Both the position numbers and the translations under genes were made by a program. Positions 9,169 to 17,141 of a stretch of 64,000 nucleotides of DNA are shown one piece after another (within the stretch, counting starts at the first letter, position 1; the number at the start of each line of letters is the position of its first letter). Below the pieces are notes generated by a model. The model had not been told where the DNA came from. It worked only from the letters and a program-made list of their open reading frames with translations, and made no database searches. Source of the DNA: Dehalococcoidia bacterium (GTDB lineage Bacteria; Chloroflexota; Dehalococcoidia; Lucifugimonadales; UBA3495); the NCBI GenBank assembly GCA_965249215.1, contig CBDFLN010000002.1:186662-250661 (forward strand). Direction: 5' to 3'.

Positions 9169-9276
9169 TTCTCTGCCACCTCCATAAGGCTGGATACTAC
9201 GAATACCCGGGCTTGATGCCGGCACGCCTCCTGTCACTCCCGGCGCACCCCCTGGCCACCGCTGGCGCACCGCCTG

Positions 9277-9657
9277 TCATCTACAATCCCAGCGCACCCA
9301 CCATGTCATTCCTGTAAGTGTCGGGTAATTCGTTGACATATCCAAACAGCGGAGCATAAGCCCCCGGAGTTCATAGCGGGCGAGGTCGGCGGCCTCCTGG
9401 CGGAGGCGGGCCAGTTCATGGCGGAAGCGGTTGTCTTGGAGCCAACGGTAGGGTGTGCCTTGTCCTATGCCCAAGGAGCGTGCGGCTTGAGCCAGGGTGG
9501 GAGCAGCGGCGATGATGGGCAGAGCTTGCTGCCGACGGGAGGAAAGGCCGGAATTTTCGAATTCTGTACCATTCTGTACCATTCCGTTCCATTTTGGGGC
9601 GTCGGCAGCAGGCGAGGGAGGGTTGGAGGATTCGGGGCTGGGGCGGCGTTTGGTCAC
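9277..9657 (-). CDS. helix-turn-helix protein, probably a truncated phage/mobile-element remnant
   Basis: LSSRRQQALPIIAAAPTLAQAARSLGIGQGTPYRWLQDNRFRHELARLRQEA resembles small phage HTH proteins. The C-terminal 25 aa look like read-through junk. Confidence 0.3.
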   Translation of the reverse strand: MTKRRPSPESSNPPSPAADAPKWNGMVQNGTEFENSGLSSRRQQALPIIAAAPTLAQAARSLGIGQGTPYRWLQDNRFRHELARLRQEAADLARYELRGLMLRCLDMSTNYPTLTGMTWWVRWDCR

Positions 9658-10030
9658 GACACGTCACGGGCCTCAGTGGCTGGTCTTGATTGGGTCCGGC
9701 GATATGGCAGGGACCTGACCTGCATCCATGATAAGGGGAGCCTGGGAGGCTGGGCAAGGGGCAAGTGTCAGTGGTGGGGGCGCTGGGGGCGAGATTATGA
9801 CCCCCTCTAAATCTCCCCCTTCGTAAGGGGGAGAGGTCAAGTTTGGTACAAACCGGGGAGACTGGTAACAGATTATCCATGAACATAGGTAACAATTTCC
9901 TTCAAGGAGGAAAGGAAATGGCGGCTGGGAGGAGGGAATAACGGTTTGTCAACGAATTAGCTAACACATACAATTCCGAGCGCAGCGCAGCGGAGAGAGG
10001 AATCTGCAATCCCGCGGCGGCTGGCGGTCC

Positions 10031-10104
10031 GCCCCTTCGACAAGCTCAGGACAGGCCCCTTCGACTGGCTCAGGACAGGCCCCTTCGACTGGCTCAGGAC
10101 AGGC
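10031..10104. repeat. 24-25-bp tandem repeat x3 (family A-related)
   Basis: CCCCTTCGAC(AA/TG)GCTCAGGACAGG repeated three times. The same motif occurs at 53590-53615. Confidence 0.7.
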
Positions 10105-10167
10105 ATTTTAGGTTCTTTCGTCGCAGGCTCCTCAGAATGACTGGGGGAGGGTGTTCCTCAGGATGAC

Positions 10168-10181
10168 GGGGGGGGGGGGGG
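10168..10181. repeat. G14 homopolymer
   Basis: 14 consecutive G counted directly, intergenic, about 50 nt 3-prime of the AKR3 stop. Confidence 0.9.
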
Positions 10182-10232
10182 CCGTCGCCCCAGAATGACA
10201 GGTTGGGGACAGGCAGGCAGCCCGGAAGCAGC

Positions 10233-11219
10233 CTATGGGTCCAGGCCAATGCCAGGGTGAGTCTCCACGCCGTACTTGGCGAATACCGCGTCAACCTCCC
10301 GCAGGTCCTCGGCGGAAAGCGCCCAACCCAGCGTACCCATGTTCTCCTCGAACTCTTTGGTGCGCAGGGTGCCGACCAGGGCGGTGCTTACTGCCGGGTT
10401 GGACAACACCCACCGGAGCGCAAGCTGGGGCATCGTCTTGCCCAGTTTGGCCGCAATGGATTTCAGCTCATCCACCACCTGGATGTTACGTGCCCTGTGC
10501 TCCAGGGCCAGCATACCCCCGTCGAATCCGGCGCTGCCTCCTATCCCTCGATAGTCGCCTTCTTGGAACTTCATGTCCACAGTGAAAGTACCCGTCAGCA
10601 GGCCGAAACCCATTGACCCGTAGGTCATAACCCCTATGCCGGTTTCCATGCAATAGGGATACATCGCCTTCTCGACGCGCCTGTCGAACATGTTATAGTC
10701 GTGCTGCACCACGCTAACCGGGCGAGTCTTCTCGCACTCCCGCACCTGCTCCTCGGTGAAATTTGAAACGCCTGTGTAACGCACCTTCCCCTGCTGCACC
10801 GCGGTCTCCAGCGCCCCCATGGTCTCCTCGAAAGGCACGCTCACGTCCGGCGCATGCACCAGCAGCACGTCCAGGTAGTCCGTTTGCATCCTTTGCAGGC
10901 TCTGGTCCACCTGCTGTAGGATAGACTCCCTGCGGCCGTCCCGGTTCTTCAGCCTGCCGACCTGCGAACCCTGGAAGCCCAGGCCGCACTTGGTCACCAC
11001 CACCACGTCTTTCCGCCGGGCGCCCAATGCCCTGCCCAGCATTCGCTCCGACTCCCCGTCGCCGTACTGGGCCGCAGTATCGAAGCAGGTTATGCCATGG
11101 TCCAAGGCTCGCTTTACGGCGGTCTCCATTTCATCGCCGTAAGCCTTCTCGTAGTCCCATACGCCGCACCCAAACACCGACACGGTCAGGTCCGTAGGGC
11201 CGAATCTGCGGTATTCCAT
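10233..11219 (-). CDS. aldo/keto reductase (paralogue 3)
   Basis: Starts at MEYRRFG (ATG 11219). Collinear with the other two AKR genes. Confidence 0.85.
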   Translation of the reverse strand: MEYRRFGPTDLTVSVFGCGVWDYEKAYGDEMETAVKRALDHGITCFDTAAQYGDGESERMLGRALGARRKDVVVVTKCGLGFQGSQVGRLKNRDGRRESILQQVDQSLQRMQTDYLDVLLVHAPDVSVPFEETMGALETAVQQGKVRYTGVSNFTEEQVRECEKTRPVSVVQHDYNMFDRRVEKAMYPYCMETGIGVMTYGSMGFGLLTGTFTVDMKFQEGDYRGIGGSAGFDGGMLALEHRARNIQVVDELKSIAAKLGKTMPQLALRWVLSNPAVSTALVGTLRTKEFEENMGTLGWALSAEDLREVDAVFAKYGVETHPGIGLDP

Positions 11220-11552
11220 TGGTCTGCCTCCTCCAGTCAGCCTGGCTATTGGAAAACTCAGGGGCTGGGCGTCCGGTTCTCCGCCCGCCCGATTTTCAGC
11301 ATTGTACACCAATAACTGGCAGGGTAAGGAGACATTGCGGTGACGCCGGTAGCATTTCCGGCCGGGGTCTAACTCCCGCTCTGGTGTTGCTTCGCGACCT
11401 CACTATGCCTCCGGGTGGCCAAGAGGACCCGCTACTTGGCAATGGCCGGATGTTGGGCGGCAAGTGGAGGGCAACGGCAGACCTGGTGGTATAATCCGGC
11501 CCGAACCGCGTTGGGAGAACGAGTATCAACCAGGGAGAGTTGAGACGAAGCA

Positions 11553-13097
11553 ATGGTAGAGCGGTTCTTGTGTAGCCTGGCGCCGCTGGCGGCGTTATTG
11601 CTGGCGCTGGCGATAGCCTGCGGTGTGCCCGACGCACTGGGAACGACACCTCCGGAAGCCACCGTGACGCCCACGAACATGAACGAGCCTCAACCCACAG
11701 AGGCCATGACACCCGAACTCACGGAGGTAGTGACGCCCGTATCCACGGAGGTGACGGAGCCGGAACCGACAGACGTGACGGAGCCGGAACCGACAGACGT
11801 GACGGAGCCGGACCCCACGGACGAGGCGGAAACGGAGAGCTATTACGGCGGCGCTCTCAGGGTGGCGTATCCTATTGACCACTCAACTCTGGACCCAGTC
11901 CAAGCCGAGGCCGTAATCATAACCGACGCGGTCGGTCAAATTTTCGAGCCCTTGGTCCGCATCGCTCCCGACGCCTCGTACGTTCCCATTCTGGCCACGG
12001 CCTGGGAAATCAGCGACGACCTTATGTCCTACACCTTCACCCTGCGGGAAGGGGTGAAGTTCCACAACGGGGCCGACTTCACGGCAGACGACGTGGTCTT
12101 TAGCCTTAACCGGGCTCGGGATCCTGACATCTCCTCGCAGGCTGCCCTATTTGGCAGTGTTGATGATATCGTCGCCGTCGACGACTATGCCGTTCGTATT
12201 GACCACGATGTCCCCAACGGCCTCTTCCTGGACGTCCTGCAGCTATTGCCATCGGCCATCCTGGACGCCGATACGGATCTCGACAAGTTGGCAGTGGGTG
12301 AGGAGGCCTACGGCACAGGCCCATTCATGCTCGAAGAGTTGCTGCCGGAAGAACGGGTCACCATGGTCCGCAACCCCGACTATTGGGACCGCGGATTGCC
12401 TTACCTGGATGAGTTGGTCTTCGTGGGTATCGCGGAACGTTCAGCCCGGCGTGAGGCGCTCTTGGACGGCGATGTGGACGTATTGCCCGGTGTCGAACCA
12501 AAGGAAGTCGACGCCATCTCTGCCGGTCCCTACACCCAGGTGCATAGCGTTGTGTCATCAAGCTGGATCGGGATAGCCATAAATAACCTGATACGGCCTT
12601 TTGACGACAAACTTGTGCGGCAGGCGTTGCGATACGCCGTCGACCGGGATCTGGTCAACCAAATGGCGTTCTTGGGCCTGGGCGCCCCCAACAACGACAG
12701 CCCGGTTTGGCCCGGGGACTCCCGCTTCTACGCTCCAGAATATGAGGTTGAGTACGATCCGGAAAAGGCACGGCAGCTCTTGGCGGAGGCCGGCTACTCG
12801 GATGGCATCGATATCACCATAGCCACGGCTGACCTGGATCCAGGAATGATCGAGTTGCCCGCGGCATTCAAACAGAGCGCGGCGGCGGCGGGCATCCGGG
12901 TCGACATCAAAAGTCACTCGTCGGCCCAATTCTGGAGTCAGATATATCCCTACGGGCCTTTGACTGTCTTCTGGAATTTGGTCCGGCCCCACCCGGACCA
13001 CTCCCTGACGATAATCTTCCACAGCGGCTCACGGTGGAACACGACCTACTTCGGCAAACAACTGGTTGAGGGCGCCGAATTCGCTCCGTTCGATAGG
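11553..13097 (+). pseudogene. ABC transporter substrate-binding protein (family 5), N-terminal part, interrupted by an IS element
   Basis: Lipoprotein signal (LALAIAC), then a 24-bp x 2.7 tandem repeat encoding TEPEPTDV (11751-11816). SBP_bac_5-like body. The reading frame runs into the IS inverted repeat at 13098 and then into nonsense. Confidence 0.8.
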
Positions 13098-13227
13098 GAA
13101 ATTTTGGGAATTATATACCTGTTTACACAATTGAAGTTGGGCAGTTTAGCCACTTGCTCAGGTGAGGGGAGTCACTCTCCGGTGACAATGCCCGCCAGGG
13201 TGAGTTTTAGGACTTCCCAGGTCGCTC

Positions 13228-13401
13228 CTACTCCGTATCCTCGGCCTTGTCCCGCTCCGCTTCCACTTCCTTGCTCTGATAGTCCCACGTCTCTTTAGGC
13301 GGCCCCTGCATACAGGCAAGGGCTATTTCCTCCGGCGATGCGTCTACCGGGTCCCACAACGTCCCAATCCTCTTGTCGGCTAGTGGTTCTCTCTTGGCCA
13401 T
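13228..13401 (-). CDS. hypothetical 57-aa protein (below the ORF-track cutoff)
   Basis: My own translation is MAKREPLADKRIGTLWDPVDASPEEIALACMQGPPKETWDYQSKEVEAERDKAEDTE. AAAGGA lies upstream, 35 nt after the passenger stop, inside the IS ends. Confidence 0.25.
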   Translation of the reverse strand: MAKREPLADKRIGTLWDPVDASPEEIALACMQGPPKETWDYQSKEVEAERDKAEDTE

Positions 13402-13436
13402 ATCACAGTCCTTTTACTGTCGGCTATGGTGAAGGT

Positions 13437-15710
13437 CTAGATGCGCCTGAAAAGCTCCGCAACCCTGGGAAAGCGGGGCGCCGGCAGGTTCCAGGCGGGG
13501 TCTGTCCTTCGGATTGAGTCCACAACAGCGTCCCGATCCAAGACAAGCACATTCCCACTTCCATAAGTGGCCGTCCGGTTCACCCAGTGGTCCTGCACCT
13601 CTCGCATTCGCAGAATGTCGCGCACATTGTCGACGCCTATCAGAATGTCAGTGTCAGTGGCTGTCCAATACCCTTGCGTGGGAACTGCCTTCCTGGTGTA
13701 CCGTTCTCGAACTAACCGGCTGGCCATCTGTTGATGCTTCAACTCCCAGGCCCAGCCGTTGAAATCGCTGGCCGTAACCGGCTTCGCCCAGGCCGCTATC
13801 ACTTCATCACCTATAAGGTTTTCGACCAACAATGTCCGTATAAGGCTTGTGGACTCCAATAGATAGTCAAAGCTGGCAGGGTCCTTGACGGAGGCTATGG
13901 TCTCCGTCATCCGGTCTAAATACTCTAAGTAGAAGTCTTGCCCAAGGCGATTGATGAAGGGCAGGGTTTCCTTGTCTAGGCGTCTGCGGGTGTCCTCGTC
14001 GTCTGACGGCAACCCTTTTGGCGTGTAGACCAGAAACGCTCTATTCCTGACTTCGTTGGCGAACTCGGTCGCGTCGGGGTTCAGCGTAACTATCGTGCAT
14101 GGATAATGCCCCCCATTACTCACCATCACGTCATACAGCTTTATGATGAGCTCGCCTTGCTTCTGGTTTCTACCAGAAAAGCGTTCCGCGGCCACGTCCT
14201 GATAGAACAGGGGCAGTACTCCAACATGGCGGGCTGCATCCTTGAAGTCCGTTTGGGTGAAATCGCTGTTATCTAGGACAGTGGGCGGCCCGAACATAGA
14301 TGTCAAGAGGAACCTTACCAGTGCACTTTTCCCGCAATGCGACTGGCCGTAAACAATGGCCACGTGCTTGATCTCTTTGGAAGCATTGCCACCGGCAAGA
14401 TAGATGTCTCGGGCCAAGGCGGGCATGAACGGCGTGAAGTATAGCCAGCCCATCAGCCCGAAGTAGTTGCGCTGTAGAAGGTCGGCCCCCTTCCCAAACT
14501 CATGAAACTTGTCGATAAATTGGTTGATAAGCAATGCGTCGCTGGCAATGCCTTCATTGGAGCCGGCGACCTCCACCGAACGGCCATCATAGATGAAGTG
14601 GTCACTAATGCGACTCAGGCTATGCCACCTGGCAGGTGTCGCCGGCCTCTTGGAGGCCAGCGCATAGTTGATGGGCCGAAGCGCCGCTTCGTCAAGAATC
14701 GCCTTGCCTTCGGGTAAAACGTGAATGTTCTCACGCAACCCCTCGGACATGGCGGTTTCCAAGTCAGCAGCCCGCACAGCGATATACTCAGGGTCGCCCG
14801 GCATATCGGTTCCCGAGAAGAAGAGGGTGAAGTGTTCGCCCTTCCGCTTCGCTTCCCGTCCGGCCGGCAGGTCCTCCGCCTTGACCAGGTGGGCCGGTTT
14901 CGTTTCCGGCCTGAGTTGGAGCCCAGTTGCCAGGGACAAGGCTGCCTCATATTTCCGCATTAGGCAGCCCCACATCCAGTCGTCATTGTCGAACGCTAAC
15001 AGGACTTCACCCTGGCGTCCCGACATAGCCCTATCGGACAGGTTGGCGCTTCCTACAAGGACGCGGCGCAGCCCCGGCTTCTCCAGGAAGTACAGCTTGG
15101 AATGAACGATGCCGCCGCCCGTGACGTAGAACCTGGCCCGCCCAGTTGCTTGCCACGCCATCAAATGCGCCGTCTGTTCGTCTGTGGCCCCGCCGATCCC
15201 CAGATAGCCTCGCGCAAGCTCGTCCTCGATGGCTTGCTGAAAGAGCACTACCTTCTCGGCGCTGGTTTCTCGCACCAGGCCTTCGGACCCGAATAGGATT
15301 TCCGCCTCCCTGTACTCTTGCATGGTCAGGAGCTTGAGAATCGAGGGAAGGGACACAGTGTAGGTCAGCGCCCGAAACGTCTCGAAGCCGGCCAGTATGT
15401 CTGTCGTGAACTTTGTGACGTCGTGCTCGTAGGGCCAAATAACCTCCAGGCTCAGGGCTGCATCCCGTGCGTCCTCCAAGGTGTCAAACGCACTCAGCTG
15501 CGGCTGCGCAATCCTATCTTCAAACATCGTGCCGCGGCTTGCCGCTATAAGGTCTACGTGCCTGATGCGGTATGATGGTCTCCCGGCCCGCGGCACGCGG
15601 ACAGCCTGCAGCCTCCCGGACTTTATCCAACCAGAAACTATTTGCTGCTTAGTCCCAATGACCTCAGCGGCTTCTGATGCACTCTCGTAAACTTCCTTGA
15701 CATTCGCCAT
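13437..15710 (-). CDS. HTH + PLD-like (HKD) nuclease domain + P-loop NTPase fusion protein (IS passenger)
   Basis: Residues ~10-57 are excisionase/MerR-type HTH-like (EAAEVIGTKQQIVSGWIKSGRLQAVRV). Single HKD motif H203-S-K..VGSANLS. Walker A GQSHCGKS (455-462), a possible Walker B LPLFYQD and an SF3-helicase-like continuation. GGAGG RBS. Confidence 0.7.
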   Translation of the reverse strand: MANVKEVYESASEAAEVIGTKQQIVSGWIKSGRLQAVRVPRAGRPSYRIRHVDLIAASRGTMFEDRIAQPQLSAFDTLEDARDAALSLEVIWPYEHDVTKFTTDILAGFETFRALTYTVSLPSILKLLTMQEYREAEILFGSEGLVRETSAEKVVLFQQAIEDELARGYLGIGGATDEQTAHLMAWQATGRARFYVTGGGIVHSKLYFLEKPGLRRVLVGSANLSDRAMSGRQGEVLLAFDNDDWMWGCLMRKYEAALSLATGLQLRPETKPAHLVKAEDLPAGREAKRKGEHFTLFFSGTDMPGDPEYIAVRAADLETAMSEGLRENIHVLPEGKAILDEAALRPINYALASKRPATPARWHSLSRISDHFIYDGRSVEVAGSNEGIASDALLINQFIDKFHEFGKGADLLQRNYFGLMGWLYFTPFMPALARDIYLAGGNASKEIKHVAIVYGQSHCGKSALVRFLLTSMFGPPTVLDNSDFTQTDFKDAARHVGVLPLFYQDVAAERFSGRNQKQGELIIKLYDVMVSNGGHYPCTIVTLNPDATEFANEVRNRAFLVYTPKGLPSDDEDTRRRLDKETLPFINRLGQDFYLEYLDRMTETIASVKDPASFDYLLESTSLIRTLLVENLIGDEVIAAWAKPVTASDFNGWAWELKHQQMASRLVRERYTRKAVPTQGYWTATDTDILIGVDNVRDILRMREVQDHWVNRTATYGSGNVLVLDRDAVVDSIRRTDPAWNLPAPRFPRVAELFRRI

Positions 15711-15719
15711 TGCTACCTC

Positions 15720-15778
15720 CAGTCAATACAGTCATTACAGCCATTGTACCATCAAGGCGAGAAAGACTGTATTGACTG
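15720..15778 (-). promoter_or_regulatory. putative promoter of the passenger gene flanked by a 14-bp inverted-repeat operator
   Basis: CAGTCAATACAGTC (15720-15733) and GACTGTATTGACTG (15765-15778) are perfect reverse complements. Between them on the minus strand sits TGGTACAAT, an extended -10 (15743-15751). Confidence 0.45.
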
Positions 15779-15798
15779 TATTGGGACGGTCGCCCAGG

Positions 15799-16776
15799 CT
15801 AAAGCATCCGTGGTTGTCGGGTGATTTCCGGCCCTATCAGGCCAGCGTATGAAAGCCGCTTGCCAGCTGTTCCCCTGGCCATGCGGCCCATGATGGCCTC
15901 CGTGTCCAACGGGCGGCTGTTGTGACGGCCTGAGAACTCGGTTACGTAGCGCCCCAGGTGCTTGGCCGAGATATGGTGGTAGGTCCCGTTGATTCCCCGC
16001 TTGAGCAAGGCCCAAAAGGACTCTATCCCGTTGGTGGTCGCCTCATGCTTGACGTACTCCCCGGCGCTGTGCTGGACCGTCCAGTGGGAGCGGTGGGGCA
16101 TCCCTTCGTATGCCTTGGCTTCGTCGGTGTAGACCACGGCCCCAATCTCGGTAGTTTGCCGGACAAAACCCTGGAGGGCCTCTTTGTCGGTGAAGGCGAT
16201 GGGCCTAGCGGTGATTTGCCCGGTCTCCTGGTCGCGAGCTCCCACAACCGCGGCCTTGCCTACCGGCCCGCGGCCAGCGTTCAGTTTCTTGTCCTGGTGC
16301 TTGTTCCCTTCCTTCCCGCCGATGTAGGTCTCGTCGATCTCCACGGGGCCGGAGAATTGGTCGGGATTCTCTTTGAGGGTTTCCCGGATGCGGTGGGCCA
16401 AGTGCCAAGCCGTCTTTTGGGTAACGGCCAGGTCCCGGTGTAGCTTCATGCTCGATACGCCCTTCAGATGTGTAGAAAACAGGTAGAAGGCGATGGCCCA
16501 GGTTCCCAGGGGGAGCTTCGAACCTTGCATCAATGTGCCGGTCTTTATGGAGAAGTCCTTGCGGCAATCCTTGCACCGGAACGGCTGGGGCTTGCGGTTC
16601 TTGCGCTCTCTCACGCCATCCAGTCCGCCGCAGAAGGGGCAGCATATCCCGGAGGGCCAGCGGGTTTCCATGAACCACGCCTCAGCGTCGGCCTCGTTGG
16701 AGAATCGCTGGATGGCTTGGACTAGGGAGATACCCTTGCGAAAGGACTTGCCGGGGGCTGATTTAGTCATGGTCAC
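15799..16776 (-). CDS. IS1595-family (ISXO2-like) DDE transposase
   Basis: N-terminal zinc ribbon CPFCGG..CKDCRKDF, plus VEIDETYIGGK, VYTDEAKAY and NGIESFWALLKR motifs. 325 aa. Confidence 0.85.
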   Translation of the reverse strand: MTMTKSAPGKSFRKGISLVQAIQRFSNEADAEAWFMETRWPSGICCPFCGGLDGVRERKNRKPQPFRCKDCRKDFSIKTGTLMQGSKLPLGTWAIAFYLFSTHLKGVSSMKLHRDLAVTQKTAWHLAHRIRETLKENPDQFSGPVEIDETYIGGKEGNKHQDKKLNAGRGPVGKAAVVGARDQETGQITARPIAFTDKEALQGFVRQTTEIGAVVYTDEAKAYEGMPHRSHWTVQHSAGEYVKHEATTNGIESFWALLKRGINGTYHHISAKHLGRYVTEFSGRHNSRPLDTEAIMGRMARGTAGKRLSYAGLIGPEITRQPRML

Positions 16777-16797
16777 TATCCTTTGGTTGATAGTACC

Positions 16798-16826
16798 AGT
16801 TTACACATTTGGGCCTTCAAAGTCAA
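16798..16826 (-). promoter_or_regulatory. putative transposase promoter
   Basis: The minus strand reads TTGACT-N17-TAAACT just inside the right IR, about 20 nt upstream of an AAAGGA RBS. Confidence 0.35.
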
Positions 16827-16875
16827 GGGTTTTTGCCCCAATTGTGTAATTAGGTATATAATTCCCGAAATTTTC

Positions 16876-17112
16876 ACCGTAGGCCCGTTGGCCCAAGAGT
16901 TGGACGCGCTCATCGAACGGGCCAGGGGGGAGAGCCTGGAACAGCAAAAGGTGACCTATCGGGAGATACAGGCCTTCTTGGCGGAACAGGTGCCGCAGCT
17001 TGTCATAGCCTCTCGTCCCAAGATAGCCGGAGCAGGGAATCATGTGCAGGGCTTGGCGCTAAGCCCGCTAAGTCCGAATTATTACTACGAAACGGTCTGG
17101 CTGGAGCAGTAG
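16876..17112 (+). pseudogene. ABC transporter substrate-binding protein, C-terminal part
   Basis: ..ELDALIERARGESLEQQKVTYREIQAFLAEQVPQLVI..NHVQGLALSPL..YYYETVWLEQ is a typical family-5 SBP C-terminus. It begins right after the IS inverted repeat. Confidence 0.75.
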
Positions 17113-17141
17113 GGCCAGCCGGTTCCGCTGCCGTGTCCAGT

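Larger units (their letters stand above)
13098..16875 (-). mobile_element. IS1595-family insertion element carrying passenger genes
   Basis: The terminal inverted repeats 13098-13133 and 16839-16875 match at about 33 of 37 positions, with a perfect GGGAATTATATACCT core. The element encloses a transposase, a 757-aa passenger and a small ORF. GC is visibly lower than in the flanks. Confidence 0.8.

Noticed and set aside
13091-13097. Clean 8-bp target-site duplication for the IS1595-family element
   Set aside because: The flanks read TCGATAGG (left) and ACCGTAGG (right), sharing only about 5 of 8 positions. I cannot claim a TSD without an uninterrupted reference.
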